From an uncultured Bacteroidota bacterium (GTDB lineage Bacteria; Bacteroidota; Bacteroidia; Bacteroidales; WCHB1-69): a stretch of DNA of 64,000 bases. Numbering within the stretch: position 1 is the stretch's first letter; every line of letters starts with the position of its first letter. The notes under the pieces were generated by a model. The model saw only the letters and a list, made by a program, of their open reading frames with translations, was not told the origin of the DNA and did no database searches. The stretch is from the NCBI GenBank assembly GCA_942493315.1, contig OW818690.1:1714165-1778164 (forward strand). Direction: 5' to 3'. A program made the position numbers and the translations under genes. Positions 16,598-25,377 of the stretch are shown piece after piece.

Positions 16598-17947
16598 TTA
16601 TTTTTTAAGATTGTGTTTTTTAACAAAATCTATAAGAACAGTTTCTAAAGTTGGAGTTCCAATTTCTTGAAGTTCGTATCCAATTTTAACAACTGGTTGT
16701 TTGATGTTTACGAAACGTGGAAGGTCAATTGGAGTACCAATAACTACTGCATCACAAGGAGTGTTAGCGATAGTTTGTTCTAAGTCTTTCATTTGAGCAT
16801 CACCGTATCCCATAGCTGGAAGTAATGTTCCAATGTTTGGATAATGTTCGAAAGTGGTTGTTAATGAACCAACAGTGTAAGGTCTTGGGTCGATTAATTC
16901 AATAGCACCATATTTCATAGCAGCAACAGTACCTGCTCCGATTTTCATTTCACCATGAGTTAAAGTTGGACCATCTTCAACAACTAATACTCTTTTTCCT
17001 TTGATTAGTTCTGGTTTGTCAACAGTTAATACAGAAGCAGCATCAATCATGATCGCTTTTGGATTAATTCTAGCAAGGTTAGCTCTAACTGTATTGATAT
17101 CAGCTAAAGAAGCTGAGTCAATTTTATTAATAACGATAACGTCAGCCATTCTGGCAACTACTTCACCTGGATAGTAGCTAACTTCAGCACCTGGACGCAA
17201 TGGGTCAGCAACACCTACATATAAGTCTGGAGTATAGAAAGAGAAGTCATTATTTCCACCATCCCAAAGGATAATGTCACAACCATCAGGATCATTTTCA
17301 GCAGCACGAACGATAGCTTCATAATCAACACCTGCATAAATCACATTTCTTTTTGTAACTACGTGTGGTTCATACTCTTCCATTTCTTCGATTGTACAGT
17401 TGTGTTTTTTAAGATCTTCAACAGTAGCAAATCTTTGAACTTTTTGTTTGTTCAAATCTTGATCGTAAGGCATTGGGTGACGGATAGCAACCACTTTAAG
17501 TCCCATTCCTACTAAATACTCAATAATTCTTCTTGAAGTTTGAGATTTACCACAACCTGTACGAGTTGCACCAACTGCGATAACAGGTTTAGTAGATTTG
17601 ATCATAGTGTCGTTAGGTCCCATTAAAGTGAAATTTGCACCGGCAGCATTCACAATTGCACTAACACCCATAACATAAGCATAAGGTTTGTCACTATATG
17701 CAAAAACACACTCATCAACATTGAATTTTTTGATTAATTCAGGAAGTTCAGATTCTTTATAAATTGGAATACCACTTGGATAAAGATCTTCACCAGCTAG
17801 TTCTTTTGGATAAGGTCTTCCGTCAATACCGGGGATTTGTTCTGCTGTAAAAGCAACAACGTTATAATTAGCGTTGTGTCTGAAATACGTATTGAAGTTG
17901 TGGAAATCTCTTCCTGCCGCTCCAATAATGATCACGTTTCTTTTCAT
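16598..17947 (-). CDS. arcE: arginine synthetase ArcE-like / cyclic 2,3-diphosphoglycerate synthetase-family P-loop NTPase
   Basis: IIGAAGRDFHNFN, RTGCGKSQTSR, IRHPMPY, WDGGNND, VEDGPTLTHG and LPAMGYG motifs; codon bias typical of high expression. Confidence 0.8.
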   Translation of the reverse strand: MKRNVIIIGAAGRDFHNFNTYFRHNANYNVVAFTAEQIPGIDGRPYPKELAGEDLYPSGIPIYKESELPELIKKFNVDECVFAYSDKPYAYVMGVSAIVNAAGANFTLMGPNDTMIKSTKPVIAVGATRTGCGKSQTSRRIIEYLVGMGLKVVAIRHPMPYDQDLNKQKVQRFATVEDLKKHNCTIEEMEEYEPHVVTKRNVIYAGVDYEAIVRAAENDPDGCDIILWDGGNNDFSFYTPDLYVGVADPLRPGAEVSYYPGEVVARMADVIVINKIDSASLADINTVRANLARINPKAIMIDAASVLTVDKPELIKGKRVLVVEDGPTLTHGEMKIGAGTVAAMKYGAIELIDPRPYTVGSLTTTFEHYPNIGTLLPAMGYGDAQMKDLEQTIANTPCDAVVIGTPIDLPRFVNIKQPVVKIGYELQEIGTPTLETVLIDFVKKHNLKK

Positions 17948-18001
17948 AAAATTTTGATTTTAAGTTATATAAATAATTATCAAGTATTTTCTAGAGGTGC
18001 G

Positions 18002-18009
18002 CAAAGATA
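18002..18009 (-). promoter_or_regulatory. -7 promoter box for the arcE-like gene
   Basis: TATCTTTG on the minus strand. Confidence 0.6.
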
Positions 18010-18097
18010 CTAAAATTTTTTCAACTAACCATTTATTTATATAAAAATCTATGAATAACTATTTAATTTTTTTAAAGTTATTATTAAAATATTTTTA

Positions 18098-18105
18098 TAA
18101 CTTTG
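18098..18105 (+). promoter_or_regulatory. -7 promoter box
   Basis: TAACTTTG upstream of 18151. Confidence 0.55.
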
Positions 18106-18150
18106 CAAAAATATTTTAAACACATATTATAAATCTAATCACAGTTTTTT

Positions 18151-18660
18151 ATGAAAAAATTTATTGCATTTTTCGTTTTAATTTCCCTTTTTGTAGGGAT
18201 TTCTGCTCAGGAAGAGGAGTTTCAAGTACCCAAAAAATACAAAATTAAGACAGAGGAGGATTGTACCCAGTATAAGGAGGATTTTAAAAAATGTGTAAAT
18301 TGGTTGTTAGAAACTCCTTTAAATCAGGATGTAAAAAAAAGAAAATTGGCTAGTGCATTTTTTATGCAATGGCTTACCGTTACAGAAACTGTCACCATTG
18401 AAATGAATACAGATGTTGTTAAATTTGGCAAAGATGGAAATCTTATGATCATCTTTATGGCTGCTTGGGCTAAAGATGTTCTTGATTCAGAAGATAATCA
18501 TAAAGATATCCTTAGAGGTAGTTTAATTGGTATCAATGCAATGATCGATTTTTACGAAAAGAACAAAGATGATATGGACAAAAATAGTGACATTGAGAAA
18601 TATATCAAGTTAAAAGCAAAAGGAAAACTGGATGAAACCATTACAAAAAAATTAAAATAG
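18151..18660 (+). CDS. exported hypothetical protein
   Basis: Signal peptide MKKFIAFFVLISLFVGISAQ; helical charged body. Confidence 0.8.
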   Translation: MKKFIAFFVLISLFVGISAQEEEFQVPKKYKIKTEEDCTQYKEDFKKCVNWLLETPLNQDVKKRKLASAFFMQWLTVTETVTIEMNTDVVKFGKDGNLMIIFMAAWAKDVLDSEDNHKDILRGSLIGINAMIDFYEKNKDDMDKNSDIEKYIKLKAKGKLDETITKKLK

Positions 18661-18709
18661 ATTTTTGTTTATTTTTTAATTCTAACCTCATATACTAAAC
18701 AACAATTTA

Positions 18710-20158
18710 ATGCTATTTAGTTCTCCTTTATTTTTGTATTTATTTCTCCCGATAACACTTTTGGGATACTATTTAATGATTCCCAAATTGAGAAACTACT
18801 GGCTTCTCGCTGCCAGTTTGGTTTTCTTTGCCTGGGGAGGCGTTACTTTTACTTTTATCCTTTTGGGATCTATTCTTCTTAATTATTTTTTTGGATTATG
18901 GATTCAAAAACAAAAAACTTCTGATAAAGGAAAACTTCCCCTTATCTTAGGAGTTTCAACCAACATTGCCATACTTGCAGTATTCAAATACACCAATTTT
19001 CTGGTACAAAATTTGAATCAATTATTGGATTGGATCCATATTCCGCTCATACCTCAAACGAACATTATTCTTCCAATTGGTATCTCTTTTTATACCTTTC
19101 ATTCTCTTTCCTATTTAGTCGATATATACCGAAATAAGGCAGTTGCTCAAAGAAACTTTTTCGATTTATCCCTTTATATCACTATGTTTTCTCAACTTAT
19201 TGCCGGCCCAATTATTAGATATAGTGATGTGGATCAGCAATTAAGAGGAAGAACACATACCCTTGAAAAATTCTCTTATGGGATTGAAAGATTTCTAATT
19301 GGATTAGGTAAAAAAGTGCTTCTTGCCAATACCTTTGCCAAAATTGCAGATCAAATTTTTGCTACTAATCCAATGGATTTAGGAGCTCCTCTGGCTTGGC
19401 TTGGAATCGTATGTTATTCTTTGCAAATCTACTGTGATTTTGCCGGTTATTCCGATATGGCAATCGGATTAGGGCGCATGTTTGGGTTTGAATTTATGGA
19501 AAATTTTAATTTTCCTTATATAGCGAAGTCTGTAAAAGAATTTTGGCGTAGATGGCACATTTCACTATCTTCCTTTTTTAGAGATTATGTATATATCCCT
19601 CTTGGGGGCAATAAAATTACTATTTCAAGAACCTATATCAATTTACTCATCGTGTTTTTTCTCACAGGATTTTGGCACGGCTCGAGTTGGTCGTTTGTAG
19701 TTTGGGGTTTATTTCATGGGTTTTTTATGGTGATTGAAAGATTGGGATTTGGAAAAATTTTGGATAAAACGTGGAAACCTCTTGCCAATTTATATACTCT
19801 TTTAGTGGTGATGTTTGCCTGGGTTCTTTTCCGTGCAGATTCTTTAGGTTACGCTCTCGATTATTGGAAAGCGCTTTTCGATTTTAAAACTACCTCTGAA
19901 CAAATGATCATTTTCAGAAGTTATCTGGATATTGAGTTTTATTTAACCTTTAGTATTGCAGTTTTGGGATCTTTTGGAGTGTACCAATTTATCGCACAAT
20001 TTTTTAAAAAAATCATAAATTTCCCCAAATGGGCTGCACATACTTTTGCTTACGGATTTCATTTCATTTCGGTGATCTTTTATATCCTGATCTTGTATTT
20101 ATCAACCATGTATTTAATATCCGGCACCTACAACCCTTTTATTTACTACAGATTTTAA
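18710..20158 (+). CDS. MBOAT-family O-acyltransferase (AlgI/PatA-like)
   Basis: LPIGISFYTFHSLSY, FSQLIAGPIIRY, DFAGYSDMAIG, EFWRRWHISL and GFWHG. Confidence 0.92.
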   Translation: MLFSSPLFLYLFLPITLLGYYLMIPKLRNYWLLAASLVFFAWGGVTFTFILLGSILLNYFFGLWIQKQKTSDKGKLPLILGVSTNIAILAVFKYTNFLVQNLNQLLDWIHIPLIPQTNIILPIGISFYTFHSLSYLVDIYRNKAVAQRNFFDLSLYITMFSQLIAGPIIRYSDVDQQLRGRTHTLEKFSYGIERFLIGLGKKVLLANTFAKIADQIFATNPMDLGAPLAWLGIVCYSLQIYCDFAGYSDMAIGLGRMFGFEFMENFNFPYIAKSVKEFWRRWHISLSSFFRDYVYIPLGGNKITISRTYINLLIVFFLTGFWHGSSWSFVVWGLFHGFFMVIERLGFGKILDKTWKPLANLYTLLVVMFAWVLFRADSLGYALDYWKALFDFKTTSEQMIIFRSYLDIEFYLTFSIAVLGSFGVYQFIAQFFKKIINFPKWAAHTFAYGFHFISVIFYILILYLSTMYLISGTYNPFIYYRF

Positions 20159-20162
20159 TAAA

Positions 20163-21311
20163 ATGAGACCGATAAAATTCAGATATTTTTCCATTACACT
20201 TGTTTTTCTTGTGCTGATATCATTTCCAATAATCAATCAATATTTTCATTTGATTCAGGATGCAAAAAATACTGAAAACAAAGCGCCTTTGCCCAAACCT
20301 AAAATCATGGAACATGATCTTGATAGTTTTCCTGCACTTTTTGAACCCTATTATAGCTCCAATTTTACGATTCGACAACGATTAATCAAAGATTATTATG
20401 AATTTCATTTGGGAATTTTTAAAAAATCGCCACATCCGGATCAGGTTTTTATCGGCAAATATGATTGGCTGTTTATGGGGAGTGAGGAAAATGATTCTTA
20501 TACCGGATCACATCCTTTAACACCGGAAGAGCTTGAAAAATTTAAAAAAGAACTGGAATATCGGCAACAATATTTACAAAAGAAAGGGATTCAATTTTAT
20601 TTTGTAATTGCGCCTATAAAAGCATCCATTTATCCTGAATATATTCCGGAATCTGTTATTCGAAAAACTAAAAAAACTTGGGCTCAAACGTTAAATGAAT
20701 ATTTGCAAAAAAACAGCACCATAAATGTTATTGACTTACATACCACATTATGGAATGCCAAAGATGGGGGAAATGTGTATTTCAAAAATGACAACCATTG
20801 GAATTACAGAGCCGGATTGTTTTCTACCAATTGTATTCTAAAAACTATTCACAAAGATTTTCCGCAAGTATCAGAAATTCCATTTACAGATTTTAAAGAG
20901 ATTGTAAGAATAGGAAATTTAAGTGGTAATTTAACTTTAATGTTAGCTCAAACAGAACGTTATATTGATTCTATTTACGAATATGATCCATACAAAGGTT
21001 TTCAAGCAGAAGATCTTCCAGCTATTGGGTATCCTGTTTCACCGGGATTTCCTTATCGTCAGGATTATGAACTCCATAAAGGGATTAAAGGCTCTTCTCT
21101 TCCCAAATTACTTATGATTTCGGATTCCTTTTCCAATTACTTGTTTCCTTTTATTTCAGAAAGGTTCAGAGAAACTACTAAAATATTTGATAATTGGGAG
21201 TACAAACGAAATGAGTTTATTATTGAAAACGAAAAACCTGATATTGTAATTCTGGTTGTTTGGGAAGCCAATCTGCGACATATCTTATGGTATGCAGAAG
21301 AAAAGAAATGA
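20163..21311 (+). CDS. AlgJ/AlgX-like (SGNH-like) O-acetyltransferase
   Basis: N-terminal TM, VFIGKYDWLF, APIKASIYPEYIP, NDNHWN and ISDSFS. Confidence 0.8.
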   Translation: MRPIKFRYFSITLVFLVLISFPIINQYFHLIQDAKNTENKAPLPKPKIMEHDLDSFPALFEPYYSSNFTIRQRLIKDYYEFHLGIFKKSPHPDQVFIGKYDWLFMGSEENDSYTGSHPLTPEELEKFKKELEYRQQYLQKKGIQFYFVIAPIKASIYPEYIPESVIRKTKKTWAQTLNEYLQKNSTINVIDLHTTLWNAKDGGNVYFKNDNHWNYRAGLFSTNCILKTIHKDFPQVSEIPFTDFKEIVRIGNLSGNLTLMLAQTERYIDSIYEYDPYKGFQAEDLPAIGYPVSPGFPYRQDYELHKGIKGSSLPKLLMISDSFSNYLFPFISERFRETTKIFDNWEYKRNEFIIENEKPDIVILVVWEANLRHILWYAEEKK

Positions 21312-21336
21312 TTATCAATTTAGAAAAACAGGCTCT

Positions 21337-22638
21337 CTATTCAAAAAGTTTTTCCAGATGAACTCCTCTGGATCCTTTTACAAGAATTGTTTTTTGGTTC
21401 CATTGGAAGGTTTGAAATACTGATTTAAATTGTTCCACTGATTCATAAAAATGAGTTGGATCATTTTTAAAACTATAGAATTGATTCCCAATAAAATAGG
21501 TTTCAATTTGATACTCTTTACACAGATTTACCATTTTTTCATGTTCATCCATAGAAAAATCACCTAATTCAAACATATCTCCCAAAATAGCTACTTTTTC
21601 AGAAGAAGTGATCATTATAAAGTTTTCAATAGCCGCTTTCATGCTGGTTGGATTTGCATTATAATAATCAGCAATGATCGTGTTGTTTCCCACTGTTTTT
21701 ACTTGTGAACGTTGATTATTGGGAGCATAAGATTTTATCGCATCCATAATTTCTGTATCTGAAACACCGAAAAAACGACCAATAGAGGCAGCACATAAGA
21801 TGTTATCCAGATTATAAGCTCCTGTTATTTGAGTTTTGATGTTTTGATTAAAAATTTGTATCGTTAAATAGGGATCAATTGCGGTAACTGAACCATTTAT
21901 AAAAGGATCCTGATCAACCCCATAAAACTGTATTTGGGTATTATTATGTCCCGTTTTTTTAAAAGATGTTTCGATTCTTGTTTTTGCTTCTTTCACTAAT
22001 AGTAGATCTTTCCCATTAACAAAAAGAACGCCATTATCATGGATAACGGCATCATAGAGACCCATTTTAGTTTCTACAATATTTTCATAAGATTTAAATC
22101 CTTCCAAATGAGCATTGCCGATATTGGTAACCACACCATGAGTTGGATAAGCAATGGTACACAATTCTGAAATCTCGTTGACATGATTGGCACCCATTTC
22201 AACAACTGCAATTTGATGTTCTTTGGTTATTGAAAGAATAGTTAATGGTACGCCAATATGATTATTCAGATTTCCTACCGTAGATTGAACGTTATATTTT
22301 TGAGATAATACTTTAGTAATCAATTCTTTTGTAGTTGTTTTTCCATTTGTGCCTGTTATTCCAATAATCGGAATTTTCAATTCTAAACGATGGTTTGTAG
22401 CTAAAATCTGAAGAGTTTCCAAAACATTTTTCACAACGAAGCATTGAGGATGATCTGTAAAAGATGAATTTTCAGTAACTACAAATTTTGCTCCTAATTC
22501 AAGAGCTTGATTTACAAATAGATTACCGTCAAATTGTTCCCCTTTTAAACAGAAAAAGATTGAATCAGGAATAATTTTTCTAGTATCTGTTGAAATAACA
22601 GGGTAATTTAAAAATTGAGAATAAATTTCACTTATCAT
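21337..22638 (-). CDS. murF: UDP-N-acetylmuramoyl-tripeptide--D-Ala-D-Ala ligase
   Basis: ISTDTRKI, GITGTNGKTTTKEL, GNLNNHIGVP, EMGANH, DYYNANPTSM and VKGSRG. Confidence 0.95.
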   Translation of the reverse strand: MISEIYSQFLNYPVISTDTRKIIPDSIFFCLKGEQFDGNLFVNQALELGAKFVVTENSSFTDHPQCFVVKNVLETLQILATNHRLELKIPIIGITGTNGKTTTKELITKVLSQKYNVQSTVGNLNNHIGVPLTILSITKEHQIAVVEMGANHVNEISELCTIAYPTHGVVTNIGNAHLEGFKSYENIVETKMGLYDAVIHDNGVLFVNGKDLLLVKEAKTRIETSFKKTGHNNTQIQFYGVDQDPFINGSVTAIDPYLTIQIFNQNIKTQITGAYNLDNILCAASIGRFFGVSDTEIMDAIKSYAPNNQRSQVKTVGNNTIIADYYNANPTSMKAAIENFIMITSSEKVAILGDMFELGDFSMDEHEKMVNLCKEYQIETYFIGNQFYSFKNDPTHFYESVEQFKSVFQTFQWNQKTILVKGSRGVHLEKLFE

Positions 22639-22674
22639 AATCTGTTTTTTTAAAAATCATTTTCTACTTAAAAA

Positions 22675-22697
22675 AAAAACGGCTTTTCGCCGTTTTT
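22675..22697 (-). terminator. intrinsic terminator after gldJ
   Basis: aaaaacggc ttttc gccgttttt. Confidence 0.7.
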
Positions 22698-22703
22698 ATT
22701 TTT

Positions 22704-24191
22704 TTAGTTGCTTGTTGGAGGCCCTAATCGTGCCATAGCACAACGGAATCCGATATAGTCGGTAGCTTCATCTTCATCAAGATAACGTCTTTGTCCGGGA
22801 GCAGCCCAATATTGAAGGTCTTTCCATGAACCACCTTTTACAACACGTGCATTATCTCCAACTAAAGAATATTTATAATCTTCATTACGTTTTCTGTACA
22901 TGTAATCTGTACTCACTTTAGTAGAATCACCACCTATCCATCTGTCACTTTCAAGAACGGAAGCCCAGTCGCCATCTAAGAAATTTTTATTATCAGCAGT
23001 TCTATAATTTCTTCTTCTATCATTTTTAAAATCAGAAACAGGAACCATAGGTACACGGCCTACACTATCTCTCTCTTCAACAGTGCCATCTTCCAATAAT
23101 TTCTTTGTTTCATAATAGTTACCTCTGAATGGGTTTAAGTCAGCAGCATCTAATGCAGTATTAGGACGATATACATCTAATACCCATTCTGCAACGTTAC
23201 CACCCATATTATAAAGACCGTAGTCATTAGGCCAGAAAGATTTTACAGGAGCAGTTTTTTCAGCAGCATCATTTAAGTGACTGGCAACACCCATATAATC
23301 ACCTCTTCCTCTACGAAGGTTAGCAACATTGTCACCCATATATTTTTTCTCTTCAGTACGAACATAAGAGCCGTTCCAAGGATAGATTCTTCTTTCAAGA
23401 ACTCTTTCGTTGTATGTATTACCAATTAAGCCATAAGCAGCATATTCCCATTCAGCTTCGGTGGGGAGTCTGTACTTAGGTAAAAGAATACCATCTTCCA
23501 TTTTAACATTTCTGTATTCCCCTGAAGTGATATATTGTAATCTTCTGTCAGAGTTGGATTCATAAGCATTATCTCCGTAAGTTAAATATGCATCAGTATT
23601 GAAATAACCTTCTGGAGATGGAGCAACATTATAATTAGCAAATCCCATATCCACCAATATTCTTTCATTAACACGGTCAGTTCTCCATGCGGCATAATTA
23701 ACAGCTTGTAACCAGCTCACACCAACCACAGGATATTCTTGGAATGCAGGGTATCTTAAATAATACTCCACATAAGTTTCTTCCATAGCCATTTTTTTTC
23801 TCCAAACATTTTCATCTGGTAATGCATTGTCATAAACCACTTTAAGGTCAGCAGGAACAAAAACTCTTTCCAACCAGTTGAGATATTCTAAATAGTTTAA
23901 ATTGCTAATTTCGCATTCGTCCATATAGAATGAGGAAACGGTAACACGTCTAGGATCGTTATTCCAATCATACATTACATCTTGTTCTACAAGTCCCATT
24001 TGAAAAGTACCACCTTCAATCAAAACCAAGCCCGGGCCTGTTTCTTGTTCAGTGAAAGGGAAAACTTCAAATCCTCCATTTTCAGGATCATTAAATTCCC
24101 AACCGGTAGTTGAACTGGATTCACTAGAGCAAGAAGCAAAAAGAACAGCTGCAAAGATGGATAAACCTAAATACTTTGTGATCTTATTCAT
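22704..24191 (-). CDS. gldJ: gliding motility/T9SS-associated lipoprotein GldJ (SUMF1/FGE fold)
   Basis: Lipobox FASC, TGWEFND, GPGLVLIEGGTFQMG, RLPTEAEWEYAA and IGFRCAM; murF/porU neighbourhood. Confidence 0.82.
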   Translation of the reverse strand: MNKITKYLGLSIFAAVLFASCSSESSSTTGWEFNDPENGGFEVFPFTEQETGPGLVLIEGGTFQMGLVEQDVMYDWNNDPRRVTVSSFYMDECEISNLNYLEYLNWLERVFVPADLKVVYDNALPDENVWRKKMAMEETYVEYYLRYPAFQEYPVVGVSWLQAVNYAAWRTDRVNERILVDMGFANYNVAPSPEGYFNTDAYLTYGDNAYESNSDRRLQYITSGEYRNVKMEDGILLPKYRLPTEAEWEYAAYGLIGNTYNERVLERRIYPWNGSYVRTEEKKYMGDNVANLRRGRGDYMGVASHLNDAAEKTAPVKSFWPNDYGLYNMGGNVAEWVLDVYRPNTALDAADLNPFRGNYYETKKLLEDGTVEERDSVGRVPMVPVSDFKNDRRRNYRTADNKNFLDGDWASVLESDRWIGGDSTKVSTDYMYRKRNEDYKYSLVGDNARVVKGGSWKDLQYWAAPGQRRYLDEDEATDYIGFRCAMARLGPPTSN

Positions 24192-24245
24192 AATCTATTT
24201 TAATATAATTTTATAAACGATTTTTTTAATTTTTTATTATAAAGA

Positions 24246-25235
24246 CTAGTAATGTGGACATTCCAAATCTTTAATATGTTTTACTTTTTCAGGACAAGGT
24301 AATAATAATTGGAAAGTAACTTCATGAGCACCGCCTGAGCTTCCGGAAAGTTCATTTACCGTAATATCATAAGAGTATCCAATTCTGAATTGTTCGTGTT
24401 GTAACCCACTGGTAAATATTAAAGCATCTGAACCTTGTAAACTATGACGATACCATAGACCTACAGTAAACGGATAGAAGTTCAAATAGAAACCTTCGTT
24501 AAAATAGTGGTAAGTCATTTGTTGTTGGTAGATAAAATTAGGGCTAATAGAAACATCTCCGAATGTCAATTCTTTTTTACTTTTTCTAAAAATATCGAAA
24601 GAGCCTCCAACGTGTGCTGTATATTTAATGGGGTGTCTATATGTTTCTGAAATAAAACCAACATACATAGGTACGAGGTGATGAGCGGCAAATCCAAAGT
24701 AGAAATTTTTGAAATAGCCTAACATCCCGGCAGAGATATCCAGCTGAGCTTTAACTAAATCTCCGGGAGGAACTTCAGCAGTTTGATAAACAAACCCATA
24801 TTTTGGATCAATCATATCTCCAAAGGTAAGCTTACTCCAGTCCAAAGTTCTTTGATAATAACCGGCAGAGAGGGCAAATCTCATATTGAATTTTCTGGTC
24901 ACTTTCAACTTAAATGAATACATAAAGTTGGCACTATAGGTATTAAATGTTCCAGTACCTTCACGGTCACCATACAACAAAATACCAATACCCCCATTAA
25001 TTTTATCAAAATGTTGATCGTAACTTACCGAATAAGTTACAAATTCACTCGGCATGCTGGGCCACTGATCTCTGAAACTGGTTGCTATTCTAGGACAAAC
25101 ATTTGTCCCTGCCATAGCCGGATTCAAGTAGAGCGGATTAGCATAGAACTGTGAAAAATGGGCATCTTGTGCGTTTACCAAACTTGTGGTAAGTAATAAT
25201 GCCGTGGTTAATAGAACACAAAATAGTCTTGACAT
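24246..25235 (-). CDS. PorP/SprF-family T9SS membrane protein
   Basis: AQDAHFSQFYANPLYLNPAMAG, YRDQW-like motif and IGYSYD...GAHEV. Confidence 0.9.
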   Translation of the reverse strand: MSRLFCVLLTTALLLTTSLVNAQDAHFSQFYANPLYLNPAMAGTNVCPRIATSFRDQWPSMPSEFVTYSVSYDQHFDKINGGIGILLYGDREGTGTFNTYSANFMYSFKLKVTRKFNMRFALSAGYYQRTLDWSKLTFGDMIDPKYGFVYQTAEVPPGDLVKAQLDISAGMLGYFKNFYFGFAAHHLVPMYVGFISETYRHPIKYTAHVGGSFDIFRKSKKELTFGDVSISPNFIYQQQMTYHYFNEGFYLNFYPFTVGLWYRHSLQGSDALIFTSGLQHEQFRIGYSYDITVNELSGSSGGAHEVTFQLLLPCPEKVKHIKDLECPHY

Positions 25236-25258
25236 ATTAAAATTCGATTTTTGCGTTG

Positions 25259-25266
25259 CAAAAGTA
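25259..25266 (-). promoter_or_regulatory. -7 promoter box for porP-like/gldJ
   Basis: TACTTTTG on the minus strand. Confidence 0.55.
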
Positions 25267-25377
25267 ATTATTTTTTTCTAATATTCGTTGGATATTTATC
25301 ATTAATCTTATAATTTTTTTCTTTTTTAATCGTTATTTATCAAAAACATAAACGAATATCAATTATTATAACGGAAT

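Noticed and set aside
16598-17947. True cyclic 2,3-diphosphoglycerate synthetase
   Set aside because: The GAAGRDFHNFN-type sequence matches the broader ArcE-like branch, and no 2-phosphoglycerate kinase gene is nearby; not fully excluded.
22704-24191. Formylglycine-generating enzyme
   Set aside because: The SUMF1 fold is explained by a Gld lipoprotein: lipobox, TGW...GPGLV N-terminus and T9SS context.
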